Shown here one piece after another: positions 1 through 62,003 of a DNA stretch of 64,000 bases (within the stretch, counting starts at the first letter, position 1; the number at the start of each line of letters is the position of its first letter). The notes beneath the pieces were generated by a model. The model had not been told where the DNA came from. It made no database searches and saw nothing but the letters and a program-made list of their open reading frames with translations. The DNA is from Podarcis cretensis (taxonomy: Eukaryota): NCBI GenBank assembly GCA_951804945.1, contig OX638149.1, positions 82,398,001-82,462,000 on the forward strand, read 5' to 3'. Both the position numbers and the translations under genes were made by a program.

Positions 1-1283
1 CAAACAAGCTGATCTTGTGCGGAGGGGGAGGGGGAAAGATCAGTGGTTTAGCAAGTTAACACCTTGTAACAGTAAGTTACCCAAAATACACCCAAAATAT
101 TCTTAAGAATGCCAAGGAGGCTTAAGGTCTGGAGTGAAAAAATGTTCTGTTTGTTGCCTGACAAGTGACCCCTTGGGGATCAAAACACTTTTCAGTCTGG
201 ATATACGTTTAGTGTAGGGTAGATCTCTTCTGATGGCCTCCCTCTTCAACTTCAGGGATGGTCTCCTGCTGAGCAAGGGCCGTGCCATGTGCTTGTTGGG
301 CTGAAAGGCATTTTTTGCTGCTCTCAATGTATGGGCCTCAGGAGGAGCCCTAGGATGCCAATGCATATTATATCAGTCCAGAGGCAAAGCTCAGACACTG
401 CTTTCCTCAAGTAGATTTGAGCTTGCTTCTTCAGAAGCGTATTTATCCAATCCTGAAAAAAGGCACATTGGGAATAAAACTAGCCTGCCTGAGAGTTGTT
501 TTTGTGAGGTTACTGAGGTCTTCTCTCCCTGGAATGTAACTATATGGCGAGAGAGAGAGGGAGGGGGGAAGCCAGAGGCAAATCCCATTGCTTTTCCATT
601 GGTTGCTGCTGTTTGAAACGACTGGTCATTTGTGTGTTCCAGTGTCACCAGGACTTCTGCAGAGCATAAGTTAAAGAGAGAAGAGGCTAGCTGCCAGCCA
701 GAAGGTCAGAAACTCCAGTGTATGACTTGCAAACACAGCCAGGCAGAATATTCCTTTTACAGAAAGAATTCCAGTGTTTCAGCTTTAGAGAAGGACTCCC
801 AGTGTCATCGTTGAGAAACGCCAGTGTCTAAGAAAGCCGCTTCGTTGGCTCTCTGGGTGCTGAGATCTCTTCCCAGCTGAACTGTATTTTGTAGTTCTGA
901 GGTGCCCAAAGGCATTGAACCCAGGCATGGCTCCAGTGTAGAACTTTCAAATCCAGTGTAAAAATGAGGAAAAAGAAGGAATGTCGATGTCTCTACAACA
1001 AGTAAGGCCTTTGGAGGACTGAATGACAAGCATCTGGCATGTCAAGGGGGAAAAAGATGCCTCAGTATTTCCATGTTTTGCTTGCTAGTGGCATCGTTCC
1101 CCCAAAGTTGTTTGGCATTCTAATGTTGATATTCCACCGCAGGGTGGGGTGGGGGAGAACCACACCAGCTGATGACAGAGGCAACAGGATAGGACTTGGG
1201 GGCTCATAGGAGGGAACATCCAGTCCAATGAGCCTTGTGGGCCCATTTCAGTTCCAGTCCAAGGGCAGTGGTGCTCCCGAGAC
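1..1283 (-). other. MYRF 3' UTR (probably continues beyond the window start)
   Basis: Directly downstream of the stop codon; no credible ORF; end not determined. Confidence 0.6.
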
Positions 1284-49812
<48,529 letters not shown>

Positions 49813-50540
49813 CTGAAACAAAAACAGGTTGCACAGGGAAAGCTATTAGCAAAATTCAGACAAAGTGCCACTGTTCCCTCAGGGCCAGACAGAGCTCTGA
49901 TGATGGAAATTCCCCAGAACAAAAACGCTGGCTTAAGTCAAGGAACTGAATTGGCTTTAAAATGGATATTTGAAGGAGGAAGTGGCATCAGATTCAGATC
50001 TGAAGAATGGGGTATTGTTCCAGAAACATCAGCTGGAGGCCAAGAGATGGACAACGGAAGAATGGACACCAGAAGTAGAGGGCACAAAAGAAGGATGGAG
50101 GAACCATTTTATTCAGTAGGGCTCAGAAATGGCTAAGGGATTTGAGTCAAATTAGAGGAACAATTGTTTAGGAAGGGGATAATCAAAAAAAGTATTATTT
50201 TTGAACTTTTATAGTATTTCAGAATCACCCATATCATAGAAGACATTTTAGTCAAAGTTACTTTAATGAACAAACAGCAGTACTGTAATGATAATTTAGG
50301 CAGAGTGACCTTTTCTGGGTGTAACACTTTACGAAAGACTTGGCTGAGACTCAGTCTACTGTCTCTCTCCCTCCCCTTTCTACCTCCAATGTGGCTGTAG
50401 CCTCAGTTTAGTCTTAAACATAGTGGACAAACTATGGTTAGTCTTAACTATAGTTTACTGAAGCAAGGCAACTTCAAACCTTTGTTTATGAAGCTGTCCT
50501 GTTTCTGTGAAACATAATTAAGACTAATCACAATTTAGGG

Positions 50541-50634
50541 AAACAAAAAAAATTCCTTCCAGTAGCACCTTAAAGACCAACTAAGTTAGTTCTTGGTATG
50601 AGCTTTCGTGTGCATGCACACTTCTTCAGATACC
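50541..50634 (-). mobile_element. Penelope-like element terminal fragment, 94 bp, with 13-bp TSD
   Basis: TSD tcacaatttaggg at 50528-50540 and 50635-50647; contains a minimal hammerhead motif typical of PLE pseudo-LTRs. Confidence 0.75.
50595..50634 (-). ncRNA. Minimal type I hammerhead ribozyme motif
   Basis: Minus strand GGUAU-CUGAAGA-A-GUGUG(CAUG)CACAC-GAAA-GC-UC/AUACC: helix I, core, helix II and palindromic AGCU helix III. Confidence 0.75.
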
Positions 50635-52363
50635 TCACAATTTAGGGCTCAGATATTCTGTTAAACCATGGATATCTAGAAATGAATGGAAGCAAAAGTT
50701 TTTGAATTTGTCCTTGTGTTTGTGCAGAGGAAAGGAGCCCAAGTCCAAAACTCATGCACAGAACAATGAAGAGTAATTTAAAATAAAAGTGTCTAATACA
50801 TACAATAAACAACTTGGGTAAACATACCAGTACATAACCAAAAGAACAACCCCAGTAAGGGGAGGGGGAGCAGTAAATGAATGAATAGGCATAGACCATA
50901 ACAACTGGCTTGTCTCTAGAAAGAGTCACAGACTGTTAGGATTACTTAGTTGTCATTTAGTCCTGGTAAAAACAATTGTTTCTTCCTAGAGATTAATAGT
51001 CTTAATAAGAACCATTGCATTTACTGAGGAGAGAGAGAAAATTCCAGTTATACTTATTGCCTGTGACCCTGAAGACCAAACTAGACGAGACTATGGATAT
51101 CCTTCATCAAATCTCCCATCTCTTTTGCAATTTTTGAAAATAGCAAGGGGTCAATAGATTGGGACTATGCTGCTGGGAAAGGGGGGTTAACTGTCCCCTC
51201 AATCTTCCCAATGAAAATTGCCCTCCTCCCAAGCTGCTATTTGCTTCATGAGGGGAAATGTTTGCATGCCTGCTGTGAAGTTGCCTGTCTTGTTTGCCTG
51301 TGGGAGGCAGCACTCGGGCAGCTCACGACACCATTCCCATGCCACAGCTGGGTTCAAATGCTATTACAAAAGCCTTGGTCCTACCAGTTTTTCATCTACA
51401 GAAGACAGTATTTCCCATCAGCACCACTTTCCTTGCTGTGCCTCTTTGGAACAGACTATCAGCTCTTCCCCATTACTCCACTACCATATCCCTTTTCAGC
51501 TGCATACCCATCATACCCCACCACAAGAATTGTGGGAACTGTAGTTTACCCTCATAGAGCTACAATTCCCAGCCCCCTTACAGCTTCCAGGATTCTTTTG
51601 AGTGGGGTGATATAAGCTTTAAATGTATGGTGTATCCTGTCTTGTTTAGAGAATGGCTGGACTTTCTTTTCCTTTCTTCCAGGAAGTTCCCTCTTTCTCT
51701 TCTCTTGCACTGAAAAATGGATTGGGTTTGTTGATAAAAATAAACCTCCCGCTTTATCTGTTTCTCCAGGAGTCTGAAGCTTTGTGCACAATTCCTAAGT
51801 GCCAAAGGCATTATCAAGAAAAAGGGAGGGAGTCCTTTGCCCACAGCTCAGATAATGAAGAGACAACCTTTTCCTGAATGGCTCAATCACATTAGATTAG
51901 AATGAGAAGTCACTCGCTCACCAGACAAGCGCGCACACACACAGTCAAAGGCGTCTCTCACTCCCCACCCCTTAACAGCATTCTGGGTAAAGGTTAGTCA
52001 ACCAACCAACCAAAAAGAAAAAGGGGGAAAGGAGGGGGGGAAAACAGGGGGCTTCAACCTATCAGAATTTTACCCTGAGAAAATCCCTTTCATACCAAGA
52101 CAAGCAAATCAGCAGAAATAAATCCAGTGAGGAATTTTGCCAAAAGGGTTGGTGGGTGGGTTGAAGGGGGGAGAAAAATTAGAGGCACTTTCCCCTTGGT
52201 CATACAAACTGAGAAAAGGTAGGTCAGAGACACAGTTTCATAATAAAGCATACAACCTTTGATTTGCCACACCAGAGAGAAATCACATGGGATAGTCTAC
52301 TTCTGTACAGCACTCTTGTCAATGCCTATTGTATCAGCAACAGTTCATCACTGTCTATAAGTA

Positions 52364-52509
52364 CCGTATTTTTCCATCTATAAGATGCCCCCATGTATAA
52401 GACGCCTCCTATTTGGGGGGACAGATTTAAGAAAAGGGGGGAGACGCCCCCTAATTTTTGAAATTATTTTTTAGGGAGAAAACCTAGTCTTATACATGGA
52501 AGAATACGG
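52364..52509. mobile_element. Tc1/mariner-superfamily MITE (CCGTATT TIR)
   Basis: TIR ccgtatttttcca..tataaga, TA flanks. Confidence 0.8.
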
Positions 52510-52736
52510 TATCCACTTATCCCATTCAGTACAGTTGGAATTCTTGGGTGAAGATCACCTGATTCTTAGGAGTTACAGCGCAAGCATATCAGTGTCCCCA
52601 GACTCAGAGCTTTCATTTAGAAAAAGGAGCAAGTCTCCAGCCCTTCTAGAGAGAAGGCCATAAATGCTCAACTAATAGCAAACGGAAACTTACTACACAT
52701 ATGCAAAATTGGGAACTTTAAGCCTTTGATGAAATA

Positions 52737-52976
52737 CAGTGGTACCTTGGTTTATGAACTTAATCCATTCCAGAAGTCCATTCTTAAACTGAAACCGTTC
52801 TTAATCTGAGGCACACTTTCCCTAATGAGGCCTCCCGCCGCCGGTGCCCTTCCACCATTCAGTTTCTGTTCTTAGACTGAGGTAAAGTTCGCAAACCGGG
52901 ACACTACTTCCGGTTTTGTGGAGTTCGTAAACCGAATAGTTTGCAACAGGGCTGTTCTTAAACCGAGGTACCACTG
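52737..52976. mobile_element. Tc1/mariner (Tigger-like) MITE
   Basis: TIR CAGTGGTACCT.GGTTTA, TA flanks. Confidence 0.88.
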
Positions 52977-54489
52977 TACCAGCAAAACTGCTGGACCCCA
53001 AAAGATAACTAAAATCCAGCTGGTAATGAACTAAAGAAACTGCCAACTCACAAGATGGTTGTGAGATTATGTATTTGTTGGTATAATGTTCACCAAAGAC
53101 ATCCATGCTTAAGTCTGGGGAAAATAAATGATGAAATCATTTCATATGGGGACTAGAACAATATGGCATTGCATTTGTGTCTTAAAAGTTTTCATTACGT
53201 ATGAAAAAAAAACTGTAGCAAGTAACAGCTCTATGGACTGGAATATTTTAAATAATAAAGTTTCCTTTATTTATATTCTTAGTTACATGTTTATAAAGTG
53301 CATAAATATTATAGTAGGCATCAAATCATCCAAATCTGAAGTATCATAACATACAGCATACTGTTGTTATTTATGCATGTCTTCAGTGTCTATGATGCTG
53401 TGGCAAATAGGGCAAATAGACAAGTCCCCGTCCCAAAATGTGTTGGACCCAAAAGGACAAAATAAGTCTTTTTAAGTAAACCATTAAATAATCAGAAAGA
53501 GTGTGAAATGTTGTAATTTGGGGAGGTAAAGTGAAAGCCTTTATCTGCTAGTCATCAACAGTGTTACATCTGACCCAGGGGTCAATTCAGTGTTTAATAA
53601 AGATGTTTGTACATTAACCTCAATGGAGGAAAAGCTGTAGAAAAATGCGAGCAGAACTAAACCCAGTGGGTAGAATTCAACATCACGTTATTATGACGTC
53701 TTGTCTGCACAAGCATATCAGCTTGCCAGATGGAACAATTTCCACCCTCCCCTCACCCCTTCTAGGGGCTCCTCTGAACCCCTTAGGCCAATTTGGGGGG
53801 TCGTGAGGGGAGGAAAAGGGAAAGCCCCATAGTGCAAGAAGAAGCCCTTGTGCAGGGCTTCCACTGAAGGGGTTTGTTATGTAAATCCTGCCCAAAGGGA
53901 CATAATATCCCCTAATTATGTAACTGTTACATCCATGTAGTGCAGTATTTAGTATGCTGGAATGCTTGGCCATGAAATCCCTGCTCAGCCATGAAACTCG
54001 CTGGGTAACTTTGGGCCAGTAGCAAGTCTCTCAGCCTAACCTGCCTCACAAGGTTGTTGCAAGGATAAAATGGGGAAGGAGAGAACCATGCACACCTTAC
54101 CTTGAGCTCCTTGGGGGAGGAGGCAAGGTGGGGTATAAATGAAACAAATAAATAAATTTATACAGCAATAATGGAGCCTTGCTTTGTGATGCTATGGTTG
54201 GAAACAAAAATGACTGACTAAATTCAGCATACACACATTTTTAAAAAATGTGTTGATATGAACAGAAAGCTTATGAAAGGTTCAGTGAGAAAAATCATTT
54301 GTAGGGACAGGGGGAATGATATGATTACAATACATATCCTTAGAAGAAAGAGGCATGCTGCCTCCAAAGAGTTCTGTGTGCATTGGGAGAGATCCTGATG
54401 TTGGCTGCTGCTCCCTCAAGCCATTTGTGTCAGGCATGACTGTTCCACAGTGTTACCTTTCTGGCTTTGGTGGGCAGGTCAACTCCTAC

Positions 54490-54523
54490 CTTCTGGCCAC
54501 CTTGCCTTGAAGGTCACTTTCAT
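54490..54523 (-). CDS. Candidate alternative first coding exon of MYRF, MKVTFKARWPE(G)
   Basis: ATG with in-frame TAA 9 nt upstream; AAG/gtagga donor; phase 1 fits exon 2; no transcript evidence. Confidence 0.35.
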
Positions 54524-57500
54524 GAACACTTAACGGAGATGCAAGCAAAGGTGAGATAAGCAACCAGACGGGGAAGGTGTGTCAACTGAATAGCTTAGGG
54601 GAGTTACAACAGAACTGATAAGCAACCCTGAAAAAGAGTGCTGACTCCTGTTAAGTGGTTGCGAGTGAGCTGATGAGGGGACTGTTGTTCTTTTCTTGCT
54701 AAAAATAAGCAAATCCTCCACAGGGCTTTTCTCAGCTTTAGGCTAGAGGCACTTGAGCCAGCTACCGAGCTTTGGTGACATGCCAGTTCTGTTGGAGCAG
54801 CATGCTCTGTATCCATCCCAGAGTAATTTTTTAAAAAATACTCATCTCTTACAAACTTAATGCAACACAAGACAACGGACTCCCATCTTGTGTTCTTCCC
54901 CCTGAACCACCTCAAACAGTGGGAATCGCTTCCCCAAACCTGTTCGTGGTTTGCCTTTTCACAAGCTCCTTCGTATGTCTGTCCATCCATCTCTTTGGGA
55001 GCAAAAAATATCTCTGGAATGTCTGCAGCCGAGTGCGAGCTCTTAAGAGCATCTTGTTGCTCGAAACTTCTATTCAGTAAAGACTTGTTACCAAAAGCCA
55101 GCTTAGGTGATTAATTATAAGCTAATGCTGCTCTTTGGAGTCACGAGCTCCTAACAACATTAAACAATGCCCCTTTGCCCCCTTCCCTTTCTAACGAGAG
55201 ATTAGAAGGGAGCAGAAAGCTTCAGAGGAACACAAATGCACTCGAAACTCCCCAAATGGGAGAGATCCTTTCTTCCCAGTTCCAGTAAGACAGACATGGA
55301 ATAGAAAATGCACTCGGTCAGCGCTCATCTTCCCCAAGCAAAAACTTCCAAGTGCTAACCCTGTCAGAGCCCTTTGTTATCTATGGTGCGTGGTTCAACC
55401 TGCTCTTTACTAGTCTCTTCCTAAGCTCCAGTCCAAAGGCCCACAAGCCTGGCATTTGAACTTTGGTGCCAGGTGAAAATAGAAGTCACTTTATGAGGAA
55501 GAAACAGACTGAGGCAGCAAACGGGAAGAACAACAAGCTTCCTTGTAGCCTGGCAAATGAAAAGCCCTCCTAGGAAATGCCGTAAACCTTCACTTCAAAA
55601 GTTACATTTCTTAACATATTATTTTAAGCTGCTTCCCCCCCCCCCCGCCAATTTCAGTGCTGTTCCTCAGTGACAGTTCCAACAATATTATACCTTCTAC
55701 TGCAAAGCTGCAATGTGCCTTTCAAATATAACATAGTTATTAGCAGAAGCAATAAACATCCTTCAGAAATGCAGCTTGAATATATTGTTATTTATAGAAC
55801 CTAATAACTTTCCTTTGTTGTCAATCTTCAGCACTTAACAGGCAAAACAAAACAATTTTGGTAGAGTGTACCTTAGGCCTTGCTTTGCAGATAATATAAT
55901 GATTTGATATTATGTACACAATCTTCAGGGCCAAGCCTGCCTTCCCCTTCATCCTCCATTTTGGTTACAAGGAAGAAACTATTGCTTCACTTTCAGCTAA
56001 ATGATGTTACTCAATATGTCCAACCTGGACAAACTGTGATTAGTTATACTACAAAGTTTAGGCCCCTAGAAAACAAGCCACTTTCAAACTGTGGTTTCTG
56101 ATACCCGTTTGTTTCCTTAAAACAGATTTCACCTCCAACTTGTATCCACCAGCTGGTTTAGACTACAACTCCCATCAGATTCTGCCAAAAACCAGCTGGA
56201 GGGCACCAAGTTAGGGAAGACAACCCTAAACAATAATTAGCACTAACCACAATTCCTGGTTGAGATAAAACGAGTAAGTGAAAGTGAAAGTTTCCGGTCT
56301 CCTCTCACTGATGCACCAAAGGGGAAGAGGGGAAGCAGAACCTGTGAGCCCAATGATGACCCACCAAACTGTGGCACCAAACTGTGGCTCAGTATTACAT
56401 TCAGACACAGCTGTTATAAGGGCTGTTATAAACCCAGAATTTAAATAAAGATAGTATTTTACATAGGGAGCTGAAACACACAAACACATACCATTTTCTG
56501 GGGGCCATACAAAATTCACTCCATTTACCAGCTGTCCTGGCAGTGGCAGCAGTCATGCTTCTCGGTGCTGCTGGGCTCCATTTTCTCTTTTTATTTCACC
56601 CACAACTCACTAGAGGAAGAGCAGGAAGAATAACCCTTGCTCTCATTTGGCTTTAGATGGCACCACATATCCAAATATCTGTTCTGAGTGGAATAAGTTC
56701 ACATGAGAACATTCAGGTCAGCCTTAAACTTCACCTATCTAACAGGTACATCTGGAAGCTATATCCCAATATTAGGTACAAATTAAGTACAGTATATACC
56801 AGCAGCTGGCTTACATGGTGAGAACGTATTTTACCAATATTATTGACTCTGTTTAGTGAGGGGGCTGTGGCCTTTCTCTTTTACTTAAAGAGTCCAACCT
56901 CAAAACTGGACTGAGGTATTCCACCTTGTGTTGAGATGCTCCTGAAGACTATTGCCAAATGGCTTAGGCTTCAGTTACTCTAGGTATTGGCTCTTTTCCT
57001 ACCTCCTTTTACAATCTCAAAGCAGTCTCCTCATATGTCACCTATGTGGCAAACTAGACTAGCAATGATATCAAGGGAAGAATTTATTAGTAGTGCCTCC
57101 CAGCTACTTTGAAAGAATCTTTCTCCAGAAAGCCAATATAGGCTCCATATTTTCTAGAAGTGCTAAAGACCTTTCCGCTTAGACCAGAGTAGCCAAGGTG
57201 AACCACAAATCCTATCATCCCAGACCACTGGACACGCTAGTTGGGGCAGATGGGAGTTGGAATCCAACAACATCCGGAGAGCACCATGTTGGCTGCCCCT
57301 GATGCAGACAATCATTTAGCAATCAAAGAATAAAGAGAAAGTTATTTTAATTGTTGTATCCTTATCATTTCGAAGTTCTGCATGCCCAATTTGAAACGTC
57401 ACAATGAGCCAGAGGTTTATTGGGTGCACGCTGCCTTGTGACTCCTGTTTGAATCTCCCCTGGTTTCCTGTTCCTATCACACCCACAATGGTGTTTTGTT

Positions 57501-57608
57501 TTCTCTCACAGAGTCCACAAGCAAGTCAACAACAAATCATAGCTTCGGGTTGGCTAGCAATTGTGGCTTGTTTGGGAGGACCAAACCAAAACTCCAGATT
57601 TGGTTATA

Positions 57609-57860
57609 CAGTGGTACCTCTGGATACGAACGGGATCTGTTCCGGAGCTCCGTTCCCATCCTGAAGCGAACGCAACCCTCATCTGCATGTGCACGTGCCA
57701 CGATTCGCCGCTTCTGTGCATGCACGTGACGTCATTTTGAGCGTCTGCACATGCGTGAGCGGCGAAACCCGGAAGTAACGTGTTCTGTTACTTCCAGGTC
57801 GCCGTGGAGCACAACCCAAAAACGCTCAACCTGAAGCAACTTCAACCTGAGGTATGATTG
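57609..57860. mobile_element. Tc1/mariner MITE
   Basis: Imperfect TIR CAGTGGTACCTC / gaggtatgattg, TA flanks. Confidence 0.82.
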
Positions 57861-58639
57861 TAATAGAAAGTTAAGCTTAACTGCCATTTCCTGGTTTGCT
57901 TCTCCTGCTCATGCCAAAAGTGGAGCAAACAGGAGTGATTGGGCAGCAGCTCACTGCTCGATCCCAATAAACTACCATAAGCCAGAGTTTCTGGCTTATT
58001 GTGACATTTTAATGTAGCCGGTGTTTAACAAGCCCCAATGTTTCCAAACCTCAGTGAAATCCCCTTTTCAACATTTCTCTACAAAATGTTGAATCAGATA
58101 GCAACAAACCAAGCGGCAGAACATCCACACCTACATATTAGCAAGCAAATATGTACAGACTGCTCTTGCACCATCTTTCAGTCAACTCACATCCATGGAA
58201 CCCCAACAGACATATCCAAGTGCATATATAATGCACATCTGGTGGGACTATCGGAGGATTATGAGCTTTCGGAAAGAGGCTTTTTGTTGTCTCAGGCACA
58301 GTAAGTCACGTTCTCTCTTTCACTACATCTTTTGGGACTGATGAAAGAGAGAGTAAAACCTACTCGCTGCCAACTACTTGAGAATGTTAATTACAGCTAG
58401 AGCAACATTAAAATTGGAAAATAGTTCAGAATCATGTGGAATGCTGCATATATGAAAAAAAAATCTAGTTACATATGCATTTTCTTGAAGCAATTAGATT
58501 ACCGGTAAACTTGAGTATCCTTTCATTAGGTATTAAAAAAATAGGCATGGGGGATCTAAATTATGCACAATTGCATGTTTAAACCTCATTCGCATCAGTG
58601 GATAGAGTGAGTTTGTGGTTTAGTATCTCCCATTAAAAT

Positions 58640-58815
58640 CACTGAGTGTCAGACTACGACCTGGGAGACCAGGGTTCAAATCCCCACTCAGTCATGAATC
58701 TCAGTGGGCCAGTCACTGCCTCTCAGCCTAACCTATCTCGCAGTATTGTGGTGGGGATTAACTGAGGAGGTGGAATACAACCTTGAGGAAAAGGTGGTAT
58801 GTAAATGAAACAAAC
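58640..58815 (+). mobile_element. Old tRNA-derived (MIR/CORE-like) SINE
   Basis: gtcagactacgacctgggagaccagggttcaaatcccc...tctcagcctaaccta; related copies near 9050, 33040 (minus) and 53975. Confidence 0.65.
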
Positions 58816-59004
58816 AAATATATAATATCAAACATGTTCTCTTTGTTCTTTTCTTCTGAGACTCTCATTTCTGTCCCTGTTTGCATTTTTTGAAAAATAG
58901 ATAAAGACTCCAAAAATGTTGGGGGAGGATCTCGTTTAAGTTTAAACATCAGAACTTGTTGCTTGGCAGTTAAACCTTCCTCATAAAGTCAGACGATTCA
59001 AACA

Positions 59005-59157
59005 GATCATAGAATAATTGACTTGTAGAGTTGGAAGGGTCCACCAGGGTCATCTAGTCCAACCCCCTGCAATGCAGAAATTGTTCGCCCAATGTAGGGC
59101 TTGAACCCATGACCCTGAGATTAAGAGTCTCATGCTCTACCAACTGAGCTATCCCAG
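59005..59157 (-). mobile_element. tRNA(Lys)-derived SINE with CR1-like tail
   Basis: Same head and tail as 27488-27626. Confidence 0.8.
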
Positions 59158-61789
59158 CTGAATCATATTGGAAGCAAGAACTGAGAGTTTGGTGTCCACT
59201 GCTGATTACCTTGAAATCCCAAGTCACAACAGTGCCCTCTTTCCTTAACATCCAATACACCTTGCCCCTCCCTAGAGGTCAAGGGTTTTCATCACCACCA
59301 CCCAGTGCTTTGCTAAGCTCACAAAGATTGTTTGGAAGAGGCAGCTAGTGCAAATGTCACCTCCATCTACCTTGGCTGCCCATTTGCTCCACAGGTGAAT
59401 CAAGGTGCCAGTCAGAACAATAAGCAAGCCTTAAACAGCAAGGCTGTACGCCAGTTCCCATATATACAGCCTTGCTTTGGGTCCTGTTTCTCATGAGAAA
59501 TGATATCTCTAGGTCTCTGGAGCAAGGGTTTTTTGAGCAGGGACACTGCACCTTTGGAGTTATTTCCCTGGGAAAGCCTACTATGCCACTTACAACCATA
59601 GAATTGCAGAGTTGGAAGGGACTTGGGGATCACCTACTCCAGCCCCCTGCAATGCAGGAAAATGCAGCTCTCCCATATGGGGATCAAACCTGCAACCTTG
59701 GCATCATCAGTACCATACTCTAACCAATTGAGCTATCCAGGCTTCATGTTACAGTGTACATTTCCTAGTAACCACGCTTCTGTTCAACCCGGCATTTGAA
59801 ACCCTGATGGTTGGCATGAACAGGTGGCAGATTTTATACCTGATGGCTCAAACCTATTTTAGCACTGCTAGCCATGCAGACTTGGTTTTGCATTTTTCTT
59901 GTCTTTGTATTGATTTTAATAGAGTTTTCATGTAAGCCAACTTGCTTGAGATCACTGAGGTGGCTGCTTCTGCCTGCCTCTTGGGCAGGCCAGCACTGCT
60001 GAAGTGCATACAAATCTTTTCAGAGCTACCTTTCACTAACCCTAAACCTTCTGAAGCATTTCCAATTACTCCAATAACCCCTGTGCCCAAACCTCTCACA
60101 AACTTCTCATTTGCACTCTCACTGAGCAGACTGAAAGATAGGCAGCTGCCCAAGGGACTGAACCAGGCATTTACATGCTGAAATCCAGAATTCCCAGTTA
60201 TCATCCTAAGGTATCCTCTGTTTCCTCTACTACCAAACTGCAGGAAAGTGTCAGGAAATGGTGCAAATGTTTATCTGGAAGGAGCTGGGGGGAATGAGGC
60301 GGGGGAGGGGGGCAGAGAGAGAAGGGCATTAATTCAAGTACCAGCCTAACAAAAGGAATAGAGCCCTAGAAAAAGTTGAGTCCTTTGAACATGTGAGAAT
60401 GCCAGGAATTCCACTGTTTGGACTGGTTTTCTCTGTCAGTCCTAAATGTCAAAACTTGGCCAGAGTACAAAAAGGAACTTGGGGTGATACAATGGATCGT
60501 GTTTATTTGGACTTCTGCCTTGGGCACACTGGGCAGCTTTGAATGATTTAGTGTCTCCATTCTGTTTGTAAGGTAGGAATATGATGGAGGGCTGCTATGA
60601 ATACACCGTAACAGTTAATTTGTTTATTGCATTTTATTTTATTGAATTTTTAGCCCATCCTTCCTCCCCAAAGGGACACACAACACCACATTGTACAGCA
60701 TTAGTGCCTTCAGGATAGAAATTCCTATGGGTTCCCGCCCCCCACATCACAGAGTGGCCCCTGCATCAAACCAGTACTAGGTGACCAGGTCAGGGATGGA
60801 TTCAATAAATTGCAGAGCAAATGCATTTGTGATCAGCAAGCTGAAACAAAAACACCACCACCTTTCTACCATCACAATTTCATTCCAGATCCTACTTCAC
60901 AAACTTGACCCTAAGAACCCTGACTTGAGATATCCTTCATATGGAGCAAGATCTGTTTCGGCTTTTTAGCAGTTCTCTGCAGATGTTGAAGGTGCTTCAG
61001 GTCACTGTATTTACAAAGTGTAGAGATTAAGAACAGAACGTATATTGCAAGATACGCTGATAGGTATATATGGTATTTCCACTTATAAAACCCCCTCCCT
61101 CTCTTCCTCCACCCTGCTTGTATACTTGCTCTGTTGCTCATCTTCTAATCACCTATAATCCTCCCTGGGCCACAAAGTGGGGGAGAGCAGAGGAACTGCC
61201 AGAGAGAGAGAGGGGAGGGGTTTACCTTAATTAGAACCAGATGCAAGAACCTGGAGAAGATGACAAGGTCAGCCATTTTAATAGGCTGGTGCACCCCAGC
61301 GAGGTGGGGTGGGTGGAGGTGGGGAAGTAGAGCCCTGAGAAAGCAGAGGGTGAATGGGGAAGAGCCGAATGGAGCAGAGTTACGGCTACGCAGCATGCGA
61401 GCTTCCATAATGCAGGGTAATCTTGGGAGACAGGAAAATTCTGTTCTCTCCTTGATCACATTAAAATCCAGGAAGCAGCACCCCACTGGGTTTAGGATGT
61501 ACAACTTCAGGTACACAAAGCTACACTAAAAGCAAATGACAAATAAGGGAAAACACATGGGATTGTATTTAAGTGACATGACCCAAACTTATGTTTGCAG
61601 ATGAGCATTACACCCTGAAATAAAATGTACCAATGCATCTATTCTGTCCCCCCTCCTTGCCATTTCCACCTCGGAAATCAACACAGACTTTGACTGTTTT
61701 GCAACCTGTGATGTGATTCGGGGGACTGGGGGGGGGGTGTGAACTCCAAACGAAATTTCCAACACCAACTCTAAATAAAAATAATAGTT

Positions 61790-62003
61790 GTTATCATTTA
61801 TATGCCGCCCATCTGACTGGGTTGCCCCAGCCACTCTGGGCAGCTTCCAGAAAAAAATAAAAACACAATAAAACATCAAACATTAAAAACTTCCCTTCTG
61901 AGTTGCCTTCAGGTGTCTTCTAAAGTCAAATGATTGTTTATCTGCTTGACATCTGATGGGAGGGCATTCCATAGGGCGGGTTCCTCTGCCTGGTTCCCTT
62001 TAA
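61790..62003 (-). mobile_element. L2-clade LINE 3' end
   Basis: Collinear with 10770-10985. Confidence 0.78.

Noticed and set aside
1-1283. TMEM258, the expected tail-to-tail neighbour by mammalian synteny
   Set aside because: No recognisable coding exon in this interval.
59085-59157. tRNA-Lys-like sequence (also 27555-27626 and near 59700)
   Set aside because: Degenerate stems, multiple diverged copies, each fused to a CR1-like tail: SINE heads, not tRNA genes.
61225-61276. Minus-strand ATG...AAG|gtaaac (MADLVIFSRFLHLVLIK) as a MYRF first exon
   Set aside because: Ends in phase 0 while exon 2 needs phase 1; no resemblance to known MYRF N-termini.
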